NCBI GenBank assembly: GCA_043228905.1
Contig: JBHGNT010000015.1
Location: forward strand, 2,914,001 to 2,978,000
Source: Azolla caroliniana
Taxonomy: Eukaryota > Plantae > Polypodiophyta
Direction: 5' to 3'
Length of the DNA stretch: 64,000 nt
The notes below the pieces were generated by a model. That model made no database searches, was not told the DNA's origin, and was given only the letters and a program-made list of their open reading frames with translations. Made by a program: the position numbers and the translations under genes. This document shows, in pieces, positions 1 to 10,063 of this stretch (the stretch's first letter is position 1; each line of letters starts with the position of its first letter).

Positions 1-1125
1 TACACACGTGGTTTTCTTCAACCAATAGCATGGATTGGAGCTCGAAGAAGGAGGGAGATTTCTCCCTTGCTAGAACGGCGGTTCGCATCGCGCCAAACCG
101 TGCTACGAGGCCGCCGAGGCATATTTGCACCATCTCATCATCATCGATATTTACGCTTATCGAGCCAAGCGAGTCGCAAAGCTTCTTGATCTTCAAGGTG
201 TATGCTGTGATGGACATGTCCCTCTGTTGAGTGTTGTTCAACTCTTGGCGGAGTTGAAGCTTCCTTGCGGTCGTGTTGGCGGCGAAAATCTTTTGTAGAT
301 TTTCCCACGCTTCCTTCGGCGTCTCGCCTTCTCGAATGTAACCGAGCATGTGGTCATGAACACATGTTGCCAAGCAATACATTACTCGACTCGCCACTTG
401 CTCCCATGTTGAGTAGTCGGCGTCTTCCGGGTCAGGTCGGTTTTCTTGTGCTCCCTTGATGTAACCCCAATAGCCTTGGCCGACAAGGTATTGGTACATC
501 TTCTACTCCCAAGATGCGAAGTTGTTTCAGTCCAACTTCTCGCTAGGGAGAGCGCTCCCCATTTGAGTATGCATGGTGTTCGATGTAGATTTCTTCCTTC
601 TTCTTCTCTCTTGAATACGAGCTATGTAGTCTCACTACGATAGCGATGAGTCGGCTCTTCTTGAACGTCGGCGTAGAGCTCAACACACGCGGATGGGCTA
701 GATGGAGCTACCAAACCGCTCTGATACCATGTAAAGAATCAAGAGATGGATTCTATGCAGCGGAATAGATATGAGTTGTGTGTGTGTATGAGAGAGAGAG
801 AGTGTGTGTGGGAGAGATAAGGAGTAAGACACAAAGAATACGTAATGTAAAGTATATTAACAAAGAAGAAAGACTCAACATTATACAAGGTGGGAGGAGG
901 GTGCTTTATATAGTCATCACCCTCTCTCTTCATTAACTACAAGACTCATGTAGCATGGGGAATGTGAAAGCTCATAAGTTATGTGTCATAGAATATGATT
1001 CTATGACTCATACTAAATGCTAGAATACAAAGTGGTGACATAATGGTGACTCTTGACCGTTGGAGTGTCTATTCACTCTCAAGGTGAGTTCACACACTAG
1101 ACCAAGTTGAGCTTGATTCTCAACA
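1..1125 (-). mobile_element. Ty1/Copia LTR retrotransposon, 5' end (LTR, PBS, degraded gag); runs off the window start
   Basis: On the minus strand LTR 730-1125 (TGTTGAGAATC...TTTACA) is followed directly by the tRNA-iMet PBS TGGTATCAGAGC (718-729). Gag starts near 562 (MGSALPSEKLD..NFASWEYKM) and has stops. Same family as 62931-64000. Confidence 0.85.
730..1125 (-). repeat. 5' LTR of Copia element (396 bp)
   Basis: TG...CA termini, abuts the PBS, internal (GA/GT)n tract. Its first 20 nt recur at 62931 after a PPT. Confidence 0.85.
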
Positions 1126-1706
1126 CATGGCATGGACTACTAGGCTTACTTATGTTATTAGAAGTAATAATGGAGCTTGAAGTAGGGTTTTCTTGGGCAC
1201 TTACTTGGTATACTTGACGTCTAGGTTTATGCAGACAATTCACGACTATATGCCATGGACCCCCACAATATAGACATCAGCGGTGTGCTCGACGTCATTG
1301 CTTCTTAGCATCCGATAAGGGCCCCCCAACGTTGTGTTGAATCTATTTCCATTGGAGTTGGGTCATCCCTCATGATGAATTTAGAAACTTGTGGAGGTGT
1401 TGCGACTATAGAAGCGTACGTTTGTTCTAGTTGACGGCGCAACATTTGTTGGTGCTCCGAGCGTCGCTCAAATAGGCAATTATCACATCGCACAACTCGA
1501 CTAATTGTCTCTGTAAGAGATTTTGGATCTTCATGAAAGGTAAGAAGAAGATCTTTGACATCATTACGCAAACCTTGACGGAATTGATCCATTAGAGCCA
1601 CCTTATCCCAAGGGATATCGCATGCGAAGTGATGAAAATCGGCTGCATAAGCCGACGCGGGACGATCTCCTTGTTGGAGCCTTTGAATCTTGTTTATTGT
1701 CATCCT
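1126..1706 (-). pseudogene. gag: 3' part of gag of Tcn1-type Gypsy element B
   Basis: ORF 1305-1703: QGDRPASAYAADF...DQFRQGLRNDVKDLL...PTPMEID, then a degenerate zinc knuckle. It continues the gag that starts at 22887. Confidence 0.8.
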
Positions 1707-1890
1707 AGTGTTGTCAGGAGTAATCCTGAAACTTCTAGAATGTTCCAGAGAAATCTGGAATATACATTACTTTCTTATAATAAAACATAAATGAAAATAA
1801 TACCTTATGAATTACAATAGATGGTGTGATGGTTAAGAGCTCGACCCATATACCATAAGGTTATGGGTTCGAGTCTTGCCATATCACGAC
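1707..1890 (-). repeat. Truncated 3' LTR of element A
   Basis: Near-identical to 22297-22482. It lacks the part from the TATA box onward, the first LTR base(s) and the PPT. Confidence 0.85.
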
Positions 1891-3495
1891 GAGTGGAACG
1901 AGTCGGCGTTGTTCGCGAACCAGGTTTTGCCGGATACTTTCGGTGGAAATCAGCAAGCAAATCCTGAGCATTGGCAACATGCTCGACGGGTTCCCAAGTG
2001 CGTTCGCTCGGACTATAACCAAGCCAATCGACCAAATAATAAAGTTTGTTGCGAATAAGTTTGGAATCGAGGATGGCAGCAACTTCATACTCCGGTCCGG
2101 CGTCCAACTCCAGCGGGGGCGGCGGTGGTGTAGCATGATCGGGAATGGTGTTTGCTTTATAAGGTTCAAGAAGAGAACAATGGAAAACCGGATGTATCTG
2201 AAGCTGTGGAGGGAGATCGAGGCGAAATGTGACATTATTAACCTTACCCATAATATGGAAAGGACCGAGTCGTCGATAATCCAACTTGTCGCACGGTCGA
2301 GTAGTCTTGATGTGACGACGTAAGAGCCATACTCGATCTCCGATGGCAAAAGAGGAGGGAAGCCGATGACGATCCACGTAAGTCTTCTGTGTCTGTTGAG
2401 CATGACGAAGATGAGTCGAGAGATCTGTCTGGATCTTGCGTAGTCTCTCCAAATGATCCCTGGCACGAGGATTGGAAACACCTGAGATATTGCTCCAGCG
2501 TTTGGTTTGTTCGTTCCGCTTGCCCATCGGTCTGAGGATGGTAGCCGGAGGAGAGGTTGCAAGAGACCTTGAGCATCTTGAAGAGATGCTGCCAAAATTT
2601 GGAGACAAATTGCGGTCCTCGGTCACTGATGATATTGTCTGGGAGGTCATGATGCCGAAATACCTCACGCATGACTAGGGCGGCGGTTTCCTCGCTAGTG
2701 ATGGCCTTAGTACACGGAATAAAATGTGCCATCTTCGTATATCGATCGACGACAGTTAAGATAACATCGAACCCCTGCGAGACCGGCAGATCTATGATAA
2801 AATCAAGACAAATAGACTGCCACGGCTTACTTGGAATCGGTAAGGGTTCCAACAAGCCATATGGATGGTGTCGTGGCATCTTTGCTCGGCTGCAAGCATC
2901 ACAAGTCCGAACGTAGTCGTCGACAAAACGGCGCATGTGGGGCCACCAAAAAGATCGTTGCACTAGCTCCAACGTCTTAGTACTACCGAAATGCCCCGCC
3001 GTATGGGTGTCGTGACAATGTTGGATGATTTGAAGGCGACAGGAGCAATCGGGGACATATACGCGCTTTTTAAAGAATAACAAACCACCATGATATTCGA
3101 ATTGTTGGTAGTCAATACCTGGTTGTTGAGACTGAGAACAGGATGCCCGAGAAGTATCAATGTGTGCCAGGATGTCTTGAGCAAAACTATCCGTCTTCAA
3201 GTTTGCAATCGTGAAAAATCCGCGTTGTGTGCAATCGTGTTGGTCCCAAGATTACTTGCTTTTGATTATCAAATGTTGGATCACCAGGACGAGGTGCAAG
3301 ATATGAACGCCATGATAGTGCATCTGCTTTTCCTTGCTGCTTCCCCGGTCGATATGTGATTTTGAAGTCGAAATGTGTGAGGAATTGCGCCCACCGAGCT
3401 TGCCGTCGATTTAGTACGTGAGCGTTCTGGAAATAAGCAAGATTTTTATGATCACTAAAGACAATGACGCCATTGCACAAATGAATCCACAATGG
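1891..3495 (-). pseudogene. pol: Element A pol 3' part: RNase H end, integrase (internally deleted), chromodomain
   Basis: [15 protein letters not shown]; HHCC region (HDTHTAGHFG..CDAC); SDRGPQF; HPQTDGQAERTNQ; GPF; PEYEVAAILDSK..YYLVDWLGYSPSERTWEP. Confidence 0.9.
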
Positions 3496-4090
3496 TGTAA
3501 GTAATAGACGCTTCTATTCACCTTCACCACTCAGCCACAACCGAGTAAGCGCGAATCGATGGAGCAGAAAATAGGAACCACAGTGAGAAACAAAACGCGG
3601 GTACACAGGGATTAACGTGGAAAACCCTAGACGGGAAAAACCACGGGAGTACAAGACTCCAAATCAACACTATACAGAGAAGTATACAATGGCGAGCTAC
3701 CAGGCGACGACCTTAAGCTCGCTGTCCTCGCCACAGGCGGCGGAAATACACAGAGGCGTCTACCTCTTCCTCTCTCGCGCTCTATCTCTCTCTCTCTCTC
3801 TCTCTCTCACGGCTGCTCACACTTCACTCCTCTTGAGTGGAAAAACAGAAAAATGAGAAGCAACACAAAAACAGTTTGCCCTAAGTCATATTTATACTCA
3901 TATGACTTTGGGCTATTTACAACTGTAGCCTCAGGGGCCCATAGCGAACATATTCACGGATATGTCCCTGCATCCGGATCGCTCTCCGGGTACATTCGTC
4001 ATCCGATACCGAAACCGGGGTCTTCGTCATCCGGATCCGGAACCGAAACCGGATCCGACCATCCCATCCGAAGGGACCGTAATCCCAACA
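3496..4090 (-). repeat. 3' LTR of Copia C
   Basis: TG...CA termini; direct repeat of 8207-8801. Confidence 0.97.
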
Positions 4091-4100
4091 AACTCCCCCT

Positions 4101-7100
4101 TCACTTCGGCATGGGATGTCTCTCCAATCCGATCCTCTTCCGGCATGCTTCCAGCTTGTCGGGTGTGAGCACCTTGGTCAGCATATCCGACCCGTTCTCG
4201 TCCGTGTGGATCTTCGTCAGCACGAACTCCTTGTCTTCTATCCTTTCCCGGATCCAGTGATATCTTCGCTGGATGTGCTTCGTCCGGGAGTGATAGGCCG
4301 CGTTCTTTGCAAGGTGGATTGCACTCTGACTGTCGCAGTAGAGTCGGTACTCCTTCTGCCGGATACCGAGCTCTCCAATGAAGTCCTTCATCCATATTAT
4401 TTCCTTGCCGGCTTCAACAGCCGCCATGTACTCCGCCTCCGTGGTTGACAGCGCAACCGTCTTCTGCAGCCTCGACTGCCATGAAACAGCTCCCCCTGCA
4501 TACGTCATCACATACCCTGATGTGGACCGGCTGGTATCTGCATCAGCCGACATATCCGAATCGGTAAAGCCGTCGAGTTCGGGCTTTCCGGAGCCGAATC
4601 GGAGGCACACGTTTGCTGTGCCCTTCAGGTATCGGAGTATCCACTTGGCCGCGTTCCAATGCTCTTTACCGGGATTGCTCATGTACCGGCTCACCACTCC
4701 GACTGCATATCCGATGTCCGGTCTCGTACACACCATGGCGTACATCAAGCTCCCGACGGCTGAGGCATACGGCACTTTCTTCATATCCTCCTTTTCAGCC
4801 TTTGTCTTGGGACTTTGCTTGCTGGACAGCTTGCAGTTTGTCGGGAGGGACGATCCGACCGGTCTCGCTTCCGACATGTTGAACCGGTGAAGCACCTTCG
4901 TCACGTACTTCTCCTGTGACAGCCACAACTGCTTCTTCTTCCGGTCCCGGATGATGTGCATCCCTAGTATTTGTCTCGCCGGACCCAGGTCCTTCATTGA
5001 GAAGGTTCGGTGAAGAGCCTTCTTCAGCATCCGTATCTTGACCTGGTCCCGTCCGACGATCAACATGTCGTCCACGTACAGGAGGAGTATTAGAGAGTCT
5101 CCTCCTTCGAACTTCTTCACAAACACGCAGTGGTCGGACTGCGTTTTGAGGTACCCTTCGTCGGTCATGAAGGAGTCGAACTTCCGGTACCATTGCCGGG
5201 GAGCCTGCTTCAGTCCGTAAAGGCTCTTCTTCAACCGGCATACTAGGTGCTCCTTCCCTTTCTTCTCGAATCCTTCCGGTTGCTGCATGTAGATCTCTTC
5301 TTCGAGGTCACCGTGAAGGAATGCCGTCTTCACGTCCATCTGTTCTACCTCGAGGTCCATGCTTGCCGCTATGCTCAGCACCGTCCGGATGGAGGTCATC
5401 TTCACTACCGGGGCAAATATCTCGTCGAAGTCGACGCCCTTCTTCTGCTGAAACCCCTTCACCACGATCCTGGCTTTGTATCTCGGGGGGTTTCCGGCAT
5501 CTCCCGGTTTCAACTTGAACACCCACTTGTTACGGAGTGCCCGTTTTCCTTTCGGCAACTCCACAAGTTCATATGTGTGGTTCTCATGCAGGGAATCCAT
5601 CTCGTCCTGCATGGCACTCAACCACCTGCGGCTCTGGGTGTCATGCTTTGCTTCTTCAAAGCTCTCCGGCTCCCCTTCGTCGGTTAGCAGCACGTGCTCT
5701 GGTTCCGGAAATCTCCGGGGGGCCCTTCTCTCTCTTAGAGGATATCTCCGTTCCGGAGCTTCGGTAACCGGTTCTTCCGATTCTTCTTCTTCATCCGAAT
5801 CCATTTCGGGATCGGGAACGGTTCCGGTATCATTTTCATCTTCCTCGGCCGGTTCTCTTTCTTCACCGTCTTCGGCCGGATCCTCGAGTGCTAACCGGTC
5901 CCTTGCCGGTCGGGACTGCTCCTCGTAGAGTTGATCCTCACTGGTCGACTTGGAGCTCTTCATCTTTTTCTCCGACTCCCAGTCGGCGAGTGTCTTGTCC
6001 TCCATGAAGATGATGTCTCGACTCCTGAATATCTTCTTGTCGACCAGGTCCCATACTCGGTAGCCGAACTCGTCGTCGCCGTAACCGAGGAATATGCATG
6101 GCCGGGTCTTCGGATCTAGCTTTCCTCTCCGGTCCTTTGCCACGTGCACGTATGCGAGACACCCGAACACCTTCAGATGCCGGTAGGATACTTCCCTACC
6201 GGTCCACACTCTCTGCGGCGTGTCTCCGTCCAAAGGTACTGAGGGTGATCGGTTTATCACATATGTCGCCGTCGACATTGCCTCAGCCCAAAACCCCTTG
6301 GGTAATTTCGCATGCGCCAGCATACTCCGAACCCTCTCCATTATGGTCCGGTTCATCCTCTCGGCCAGCCCGTTCAGTTCCGGCGTCTTCGGCACCGTAA
6401 ACTCGAGTCGGATTCCCTTCGAGCGACAGTACTCCTGGAACTGCCCTCGGTATTCCCCTCCGTTATCCGCTCGTATCGCTTTCAGCTTCTTGCCGGATTC
6501 TCTCTCCACTCTCGCGTGGAGGTCTTTGAAAACGCACAACACTTGGTCCTTTGTCTTCAACGGTGCCGTCCACAGCTTCCGGCTGTGATCATCAATGAAT
6601 GTTACGAAGTACTGGGCTCCGCCATGTGACTTCGTTTCTACCTGACACACATCAGTGTGCACCAACTCCAATGGTGTGCTACGTCTCGTCGGTGGCCTTG
6701 AGTGGAAGGAGGTCCGGTTTTGCTTACCGGCCAGACAGTCGGTGCACCTCTCCAGGTGCACATGCTTCACTGGAATAAGGTTGTCTTCTGCAAGCCTCTT
6801 CATCCCCTTCTCACTCATATGGCACAGTCTCTTGTGCCACAGCTCACCGGCAGTGTCGGCTGCCACATTCAGCTCTTCCGGACATAACCGGGCATTCATC
6901 AGGTACAGTGTGTTGTCTTTCCGGGCCCGAGCCACTATCAGGCTCCCCTTGCTGAACTTCATTACGCCGTTCTGGATGCTACCCGTGTAGCCTTCGTCAT
7001 CTAGCCTCCCGGCCGAAATCAGGTTCAGTCGGACCTCCGGAACGTGTCGGACATTCTTCAGCAGCATTTTGCATCCGGTCGGGGTTGTCAGCCACACATC

Positions 7101-8186
7101 TCCTATGCCGGCAATCCGGCACGTACCTTCGTTTCCCATCCGAACACAGCCATGCTCACCGGCTGTGTAGGATGAGAAGTATCTTCTCTCCGGGGTCAGG
7201 TGGAACGATGCTCCGGAATCGACCACCCAGGTCGTCTCATCGCCGGCAATGTTTAGCTCACCTTCTTCGGTGATGAGCATGATTTCTTCTTCACTTGCCG
7301 CGAGTGCCGTCGTTCCTTTCCGGTCCTGCCCTCGCCGATCCGAACCTCTCCGGTCCGTGGCTCCCCGGTATGCACCGTTTCTCTCCGGTGACTTCTTCGA
7401 ATCGGTGTCGTCGGCTCCGTTGTCTTTTCGGTAATGCCGACAATTCTTTCGGAAGTGCCCCGGCTTCCCACAGTGGAAGCATGTGGGCCTTCCTCTTGAC
7501 TGCGACCGGGTCCCCGACTTCTCCCGTCTTTGCGGACTCCGGTTCCATTGTCTTCCCCGATCCGATTCGGTAAACAGCATCTTCGGTTCGGAGGCCGGTT
7601 CCTTGTCTCTCCGACGCGCTTCTTCGTTCAAAATACTTGTCTTTACCGTTTGTAGGGACAAGTTATCTTCGGTGCAGGAGGTGCTGAGAGTCACCACCAA
7701 GTTCTCCCAGCTTTCCGGCAATGTACACATCAGGATGATGGCTTGCATTGCATCCTCCAACGGGAACTTGATCGCTGCAAGCTGATTCACGAATCCCATG
7801 AACGTGCTTACGTGTTCCACCATACTCTCGCCGTCCCGGTACTTGAGATTCACTATCTTCCTCATCAGGGAGGTCCGGTTCAACGCATTCTTCCTCTCGT
7901 AGAGGCCCGACAGCTTCTTCCACATCTCATATGCGTTGGTGTCGTTCGCCACATGTTGTAGGACGCTTACATCGACATATTGTCGGATCGTCGCTACGGC
8001 TTTCCGGTTCAGGAGCTTCCACTCCGACTCAAGTACCCCCTTCGGTATTTCCGACCTGTCAATCGGTTCGTACAGGTCCCGAACAATCAGAAGATCCTCC
8101 ATCTTGATCTTCCAGTCGGCGTAATTCTGTGCATTCAGCACCATCATCCCCGGCTGCCCGCTGCCGCCGCCTTCCATTTTCTGCAA
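4101..8186 (-). CDS. gag-pol: Copia gag-pol polyprotein (1361 aa)
   Basis: CFHCGKPGHFRKNC zinc knuckle, WVVDSGAS protease, WHKRLCH..CTDC and DDE integrase, LYVDDM RT, RTKHI RNase H, in Copia domain order. Confidence 0.96.
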   Translation of the reverse strand: MQKMEGGGSGQPGMMVLNAQNYADWKIKMEDLLIVRDLYEPIDRSEIPKGVLESEWKLLNRKAVATIRQYVDVSVLQHVANDTNAYEMWKKLSGLYERKNALNRTSLMRKIVNLKYRDGESMVEHVSTFMGFVNQLAAIKFPLEDAMQAIILMCTLPESWENLVVTLSTSCTEDNLSLQTVKTSILNEEARRRDKEPASEPKMLFTESDRGRQWNRSPQRREKSGTRSQSRGRPTCFHCGKPGHFRKNCRHYRKDNGADDTDSKKSPERNGAYRGATDRRGSDRRGQDRKGTTALAASEEEIMLITEEGELNIAGDETTWVVDSGASFHLTPERRYFSSYTAGEHGCVRMGNEGTCRIAGIGDVWLTTPTGCKMLLKNVRHVPEVRLNLISAGRLDDEGYTGSIQNGVMKFSKGSLIVARARKDNTLYLMNARLCPEELNVAADTAGELWHKRLCHMSEKGMKRLAEDNLIPVKHVHLERCTDCLAGKQNRTSFHSRPPTRRSTPLELVHTDVCQVETKSHGGAQYFVTFIDDHSRKLWTAPLKTKDQVLCVFKDLHARVERESGKKLKAIRADNGGEYRGQFQEYCRSKGIRLEFTVPKTPELNGLAERMNRTIMERVRSMLAHAKLPKGFWAEAMSTATYVINRSPSVPLDGDTPQRVWTGREVSYRHLKVFGCLAYVHVAKDRRGKLDPKTRPCIFLGYGDDEFGYRVWDLVDKKIFRSRDIIFMEDKTLADWESEKKMKSSKSTSEDQLYEEQSRPARDRLALEDPAEDGEEREPAEEDENDTGTVPDPEMDSDEEEESEEPVTEAPERRYPLRERRAPRRFPEPEHVLLTDEGEPESFEEAKHDTQSRRWLSAMQDEMDSLHENHTYELVELPKGKRALRNKWVFKLKPGDAGNPPRYKARIVVKGFQQKKGVDFDEIFAPVVKMTSIRTVLSIAASMDLEVEQMDVKTAFLHGDLEEEIYMQQPEGFEKKGKEHLVCRLKKSLYGLKQAPRQWYRKFDSFMTDEGYLKTQSDHCVFVKKFEGGDSLILLLYVDDMLIVGRDQVKIRMLKKALHRTFSMKDLGPARQILGMHIIRDRKKKQLWLSQEKYVTKVLHRFNMSEARPVGSSLPTNCKLSSKQSPKTKAEKEDMKKVPYASAVGSLMYAMVCTRPDIGYAVGVVSRYMSNPGKEHWNAAKWILRYLKGTANVCLRFGSGKPELDGFTDSDMSADADTSRSTSGYVMTYAGGAVSWQSRLQKTVALSTTEAEYMAAVEAGKEIIWMKDFIGELGIRQKEYRLYCDSQSAIHLAKNAAYHSRTKHIQRRYHWIRERIEDKEFVLTKIHTDENGSDMLTKVLTPDKLEACRKRIGLERHPMPK

Positions 8187-8206
8187 CAGTCGCTCTGATA
8201 CCAGAT

Positions 8207-8801
8207 TGTAAGTAATAGACGCTTCTATTCACCTTCACCACTCAGCCACAACCGAGTAAGCGCGAATCGATGGAGCAGAAAATAGGAACCACAGTGAGAA
8301 ACAAAACGCGGGTACACAGGGATTAACGTGGAAAACCCTAGACGGGAAAAACCACGGGAGTACAAGACTCCAAATCAACACTATACAGAGAAGTATACAA
8401 TGGCGAGCTACCAGGCGACGACCTTAAGCTCGCTGTCCTCGCCACAGGCGGCGGAAATACACAGAGGCGTCTACCTCTTCCTCTCTCGCGCTCTATCTCT
8501 CTCTCTCTCTCTCTCTCTCACGGCTGCTCACACTTCACTCCTCTTGAGTGGAAAAACAGAAAAATGAGAAGCAACACAAAAACAGTTTGCCCTAAGTCAT
8601 ATTTATACTCATATGACTTTGGGCTATTTACAACTGTAGCCTCAGGGGCCCATAGCGAACATATTCACGGATATGTCCCTGCATCCGGATCGCTCTCCGG
8701 GTACATTCGTCATCCGATACCGAAACCGGGGTCTTCGTCATCCGGATCCGGAACCGAAACCGGATCCGACCATCCCATCCGAAGGGACCGTAATCCCAAC
8801 A
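8207..8801 (-). repeat. 5' LTR of Copia C
   Basis: TG...CA termini; followed on the minus strand by the PBS and gag. Confidence 0.97.
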
Positions 8802-9281
8802 AATGACGCCATTGCACAAATGACGCCATTGCACAAATGAATCCACAATGGCTAATAACTCCTTGTCATGTATTTCGTAGTTGATTTCAGCGACATCGAA
8901 TTTGCGCGAATGGAAAGCCACCGGATGCAACTCTTCTTTATCTCCTTGTTGAGAAAGGATGCTACTGAGGGCGAAATCTGAAGCATCGGCCTCCATGATG
9001 AATGGTTTGCTGGTATCCACATGAGCTAGAATCGGTGTTGATGTAAAGGCTTTCTTAAGATGCCGAAAAGCCATATTTGCTTCAATGGACCAAAGAAATG
9101 CTTGGCCCTTCTTCGTAAGTTGTGTGAGGGGTAAAATAATCTTTGAATAATCCTGTATAAACTTATGGTAGAAGTTAGCAAAACCTAGAAAACATTGTAC
9201 ATCTCGTACTGACCGTGGAATTTGCCACTCTAGTACAGTTTGGACTTTAGCTGGATCCATGGTGATGCCCTTTAAGGAGAT
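8802..9281 (-). pseudogene. pol: Element A RT connection / RNase H segment between the two insertions
   Basis: MDPAKVQTVLEW..DVQCFLGFANFY..EADASDFAL..HPVAFHSRK..NYEIHDKELLAI. Confidence 0.9.
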
Positions 9282-9740
9282 TGTTGTCCAGAGGACAGAA
9301 ATGTAAAATTAGGAAATTAGCAAACGCCGAGTCCGAGTATCACGGGCCAGCGACGGCTCGGCTGTGTATTAGGGGAAAAGTTATTTAAACGAGGACCAGT
9401 ACCTCAGAGGAGGAGGAGAGAAGAAAAATATAGGCGGACGCACTAGCTGAGTCCCTCGTAACTAGATAATCTTGTAAGGTCACCGGCTGTAGGCCGTGTT
9501 CTGTAATATTTTCTGTCGCAGTAATATATCTGAATTGTGCCCAGTTTGCTCCATGTGTTTGTGCTTTGATTCATACCTATGATTTGAGCGCCGCCCACGC
9601 CTGCCAAGATCTCATTAGTGTTTTCTCTCTGAGCACTGTCTCTCTCTCGACACCTCTGTTACGAGCCTTCACGTACCACGCCCTTGAATACTGATAGCCG
9701 CAGATCTATCGACGGTGTTCACCCAAAGGAACGGGTAACA
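9282..9740 (+). repeat. 5' LTR of element D
   Basis: TGTTG...TAACA; repeated at 19031, with related copies at 50148 and 52541. Confidence 0.95.
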
Positions 9741-10063
9741 CAATTTGGCATGCCCGGTTACAGTTGTGAGTGCACAGCGAACTTCGTTGAAGGTAACCAC
9801 CAGCCGCCGTTACGGCGCCCTCTCGCACCACGAGGTCTCAGCCACCCGCCCGACGCCCTGAGCCAGTCGAAGGAACTTCCGACTCGGCGGTCACTGACCA
9901 ATCCTTTCCCGAGAAATCGGAGGCTTCCCCAGTGCAATCCTCGCCACCGGACACTCGATCGTGAGTTGATTCACCACCAAAACCCCCGTCGAGCCCTCCG
10001 GAGGTCAATCAACCAGAACTAAACCCTTTTCTGGTGCTACCAGAAGACCCAGAGTACGACATC

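Larger units (their letters stand above)
3496..8801 (-). mobile_element. Intact Ty1/Copia LTR retrotransposon C (Tnt1/Tork-like)
   Basis: 595-bp LTRs at 3496-4090 and 8207-8801 with no difference seen by eye. PBS TGGTATCAGAGC 8192-8203, PPT AGGGGGAG near 4093-4100, one uninterrupted ORF. Confidence 0.97.

Noticed and set aside
1820-1890. Functional tRNA genes at the A/B-box sites (also 22410, 23315, 45780)
   Set aside because: No consistent acceptor or anticodon stems, and they are integral LTR parts. Reported as tRNA-derived modules instead.
4116-8241. Many overlapping antisense and off-frame ORFs in C (likewise D, F, H)
   Set aside because: Shadows of GC-rich retroelement coding sequence with no independent motifs.
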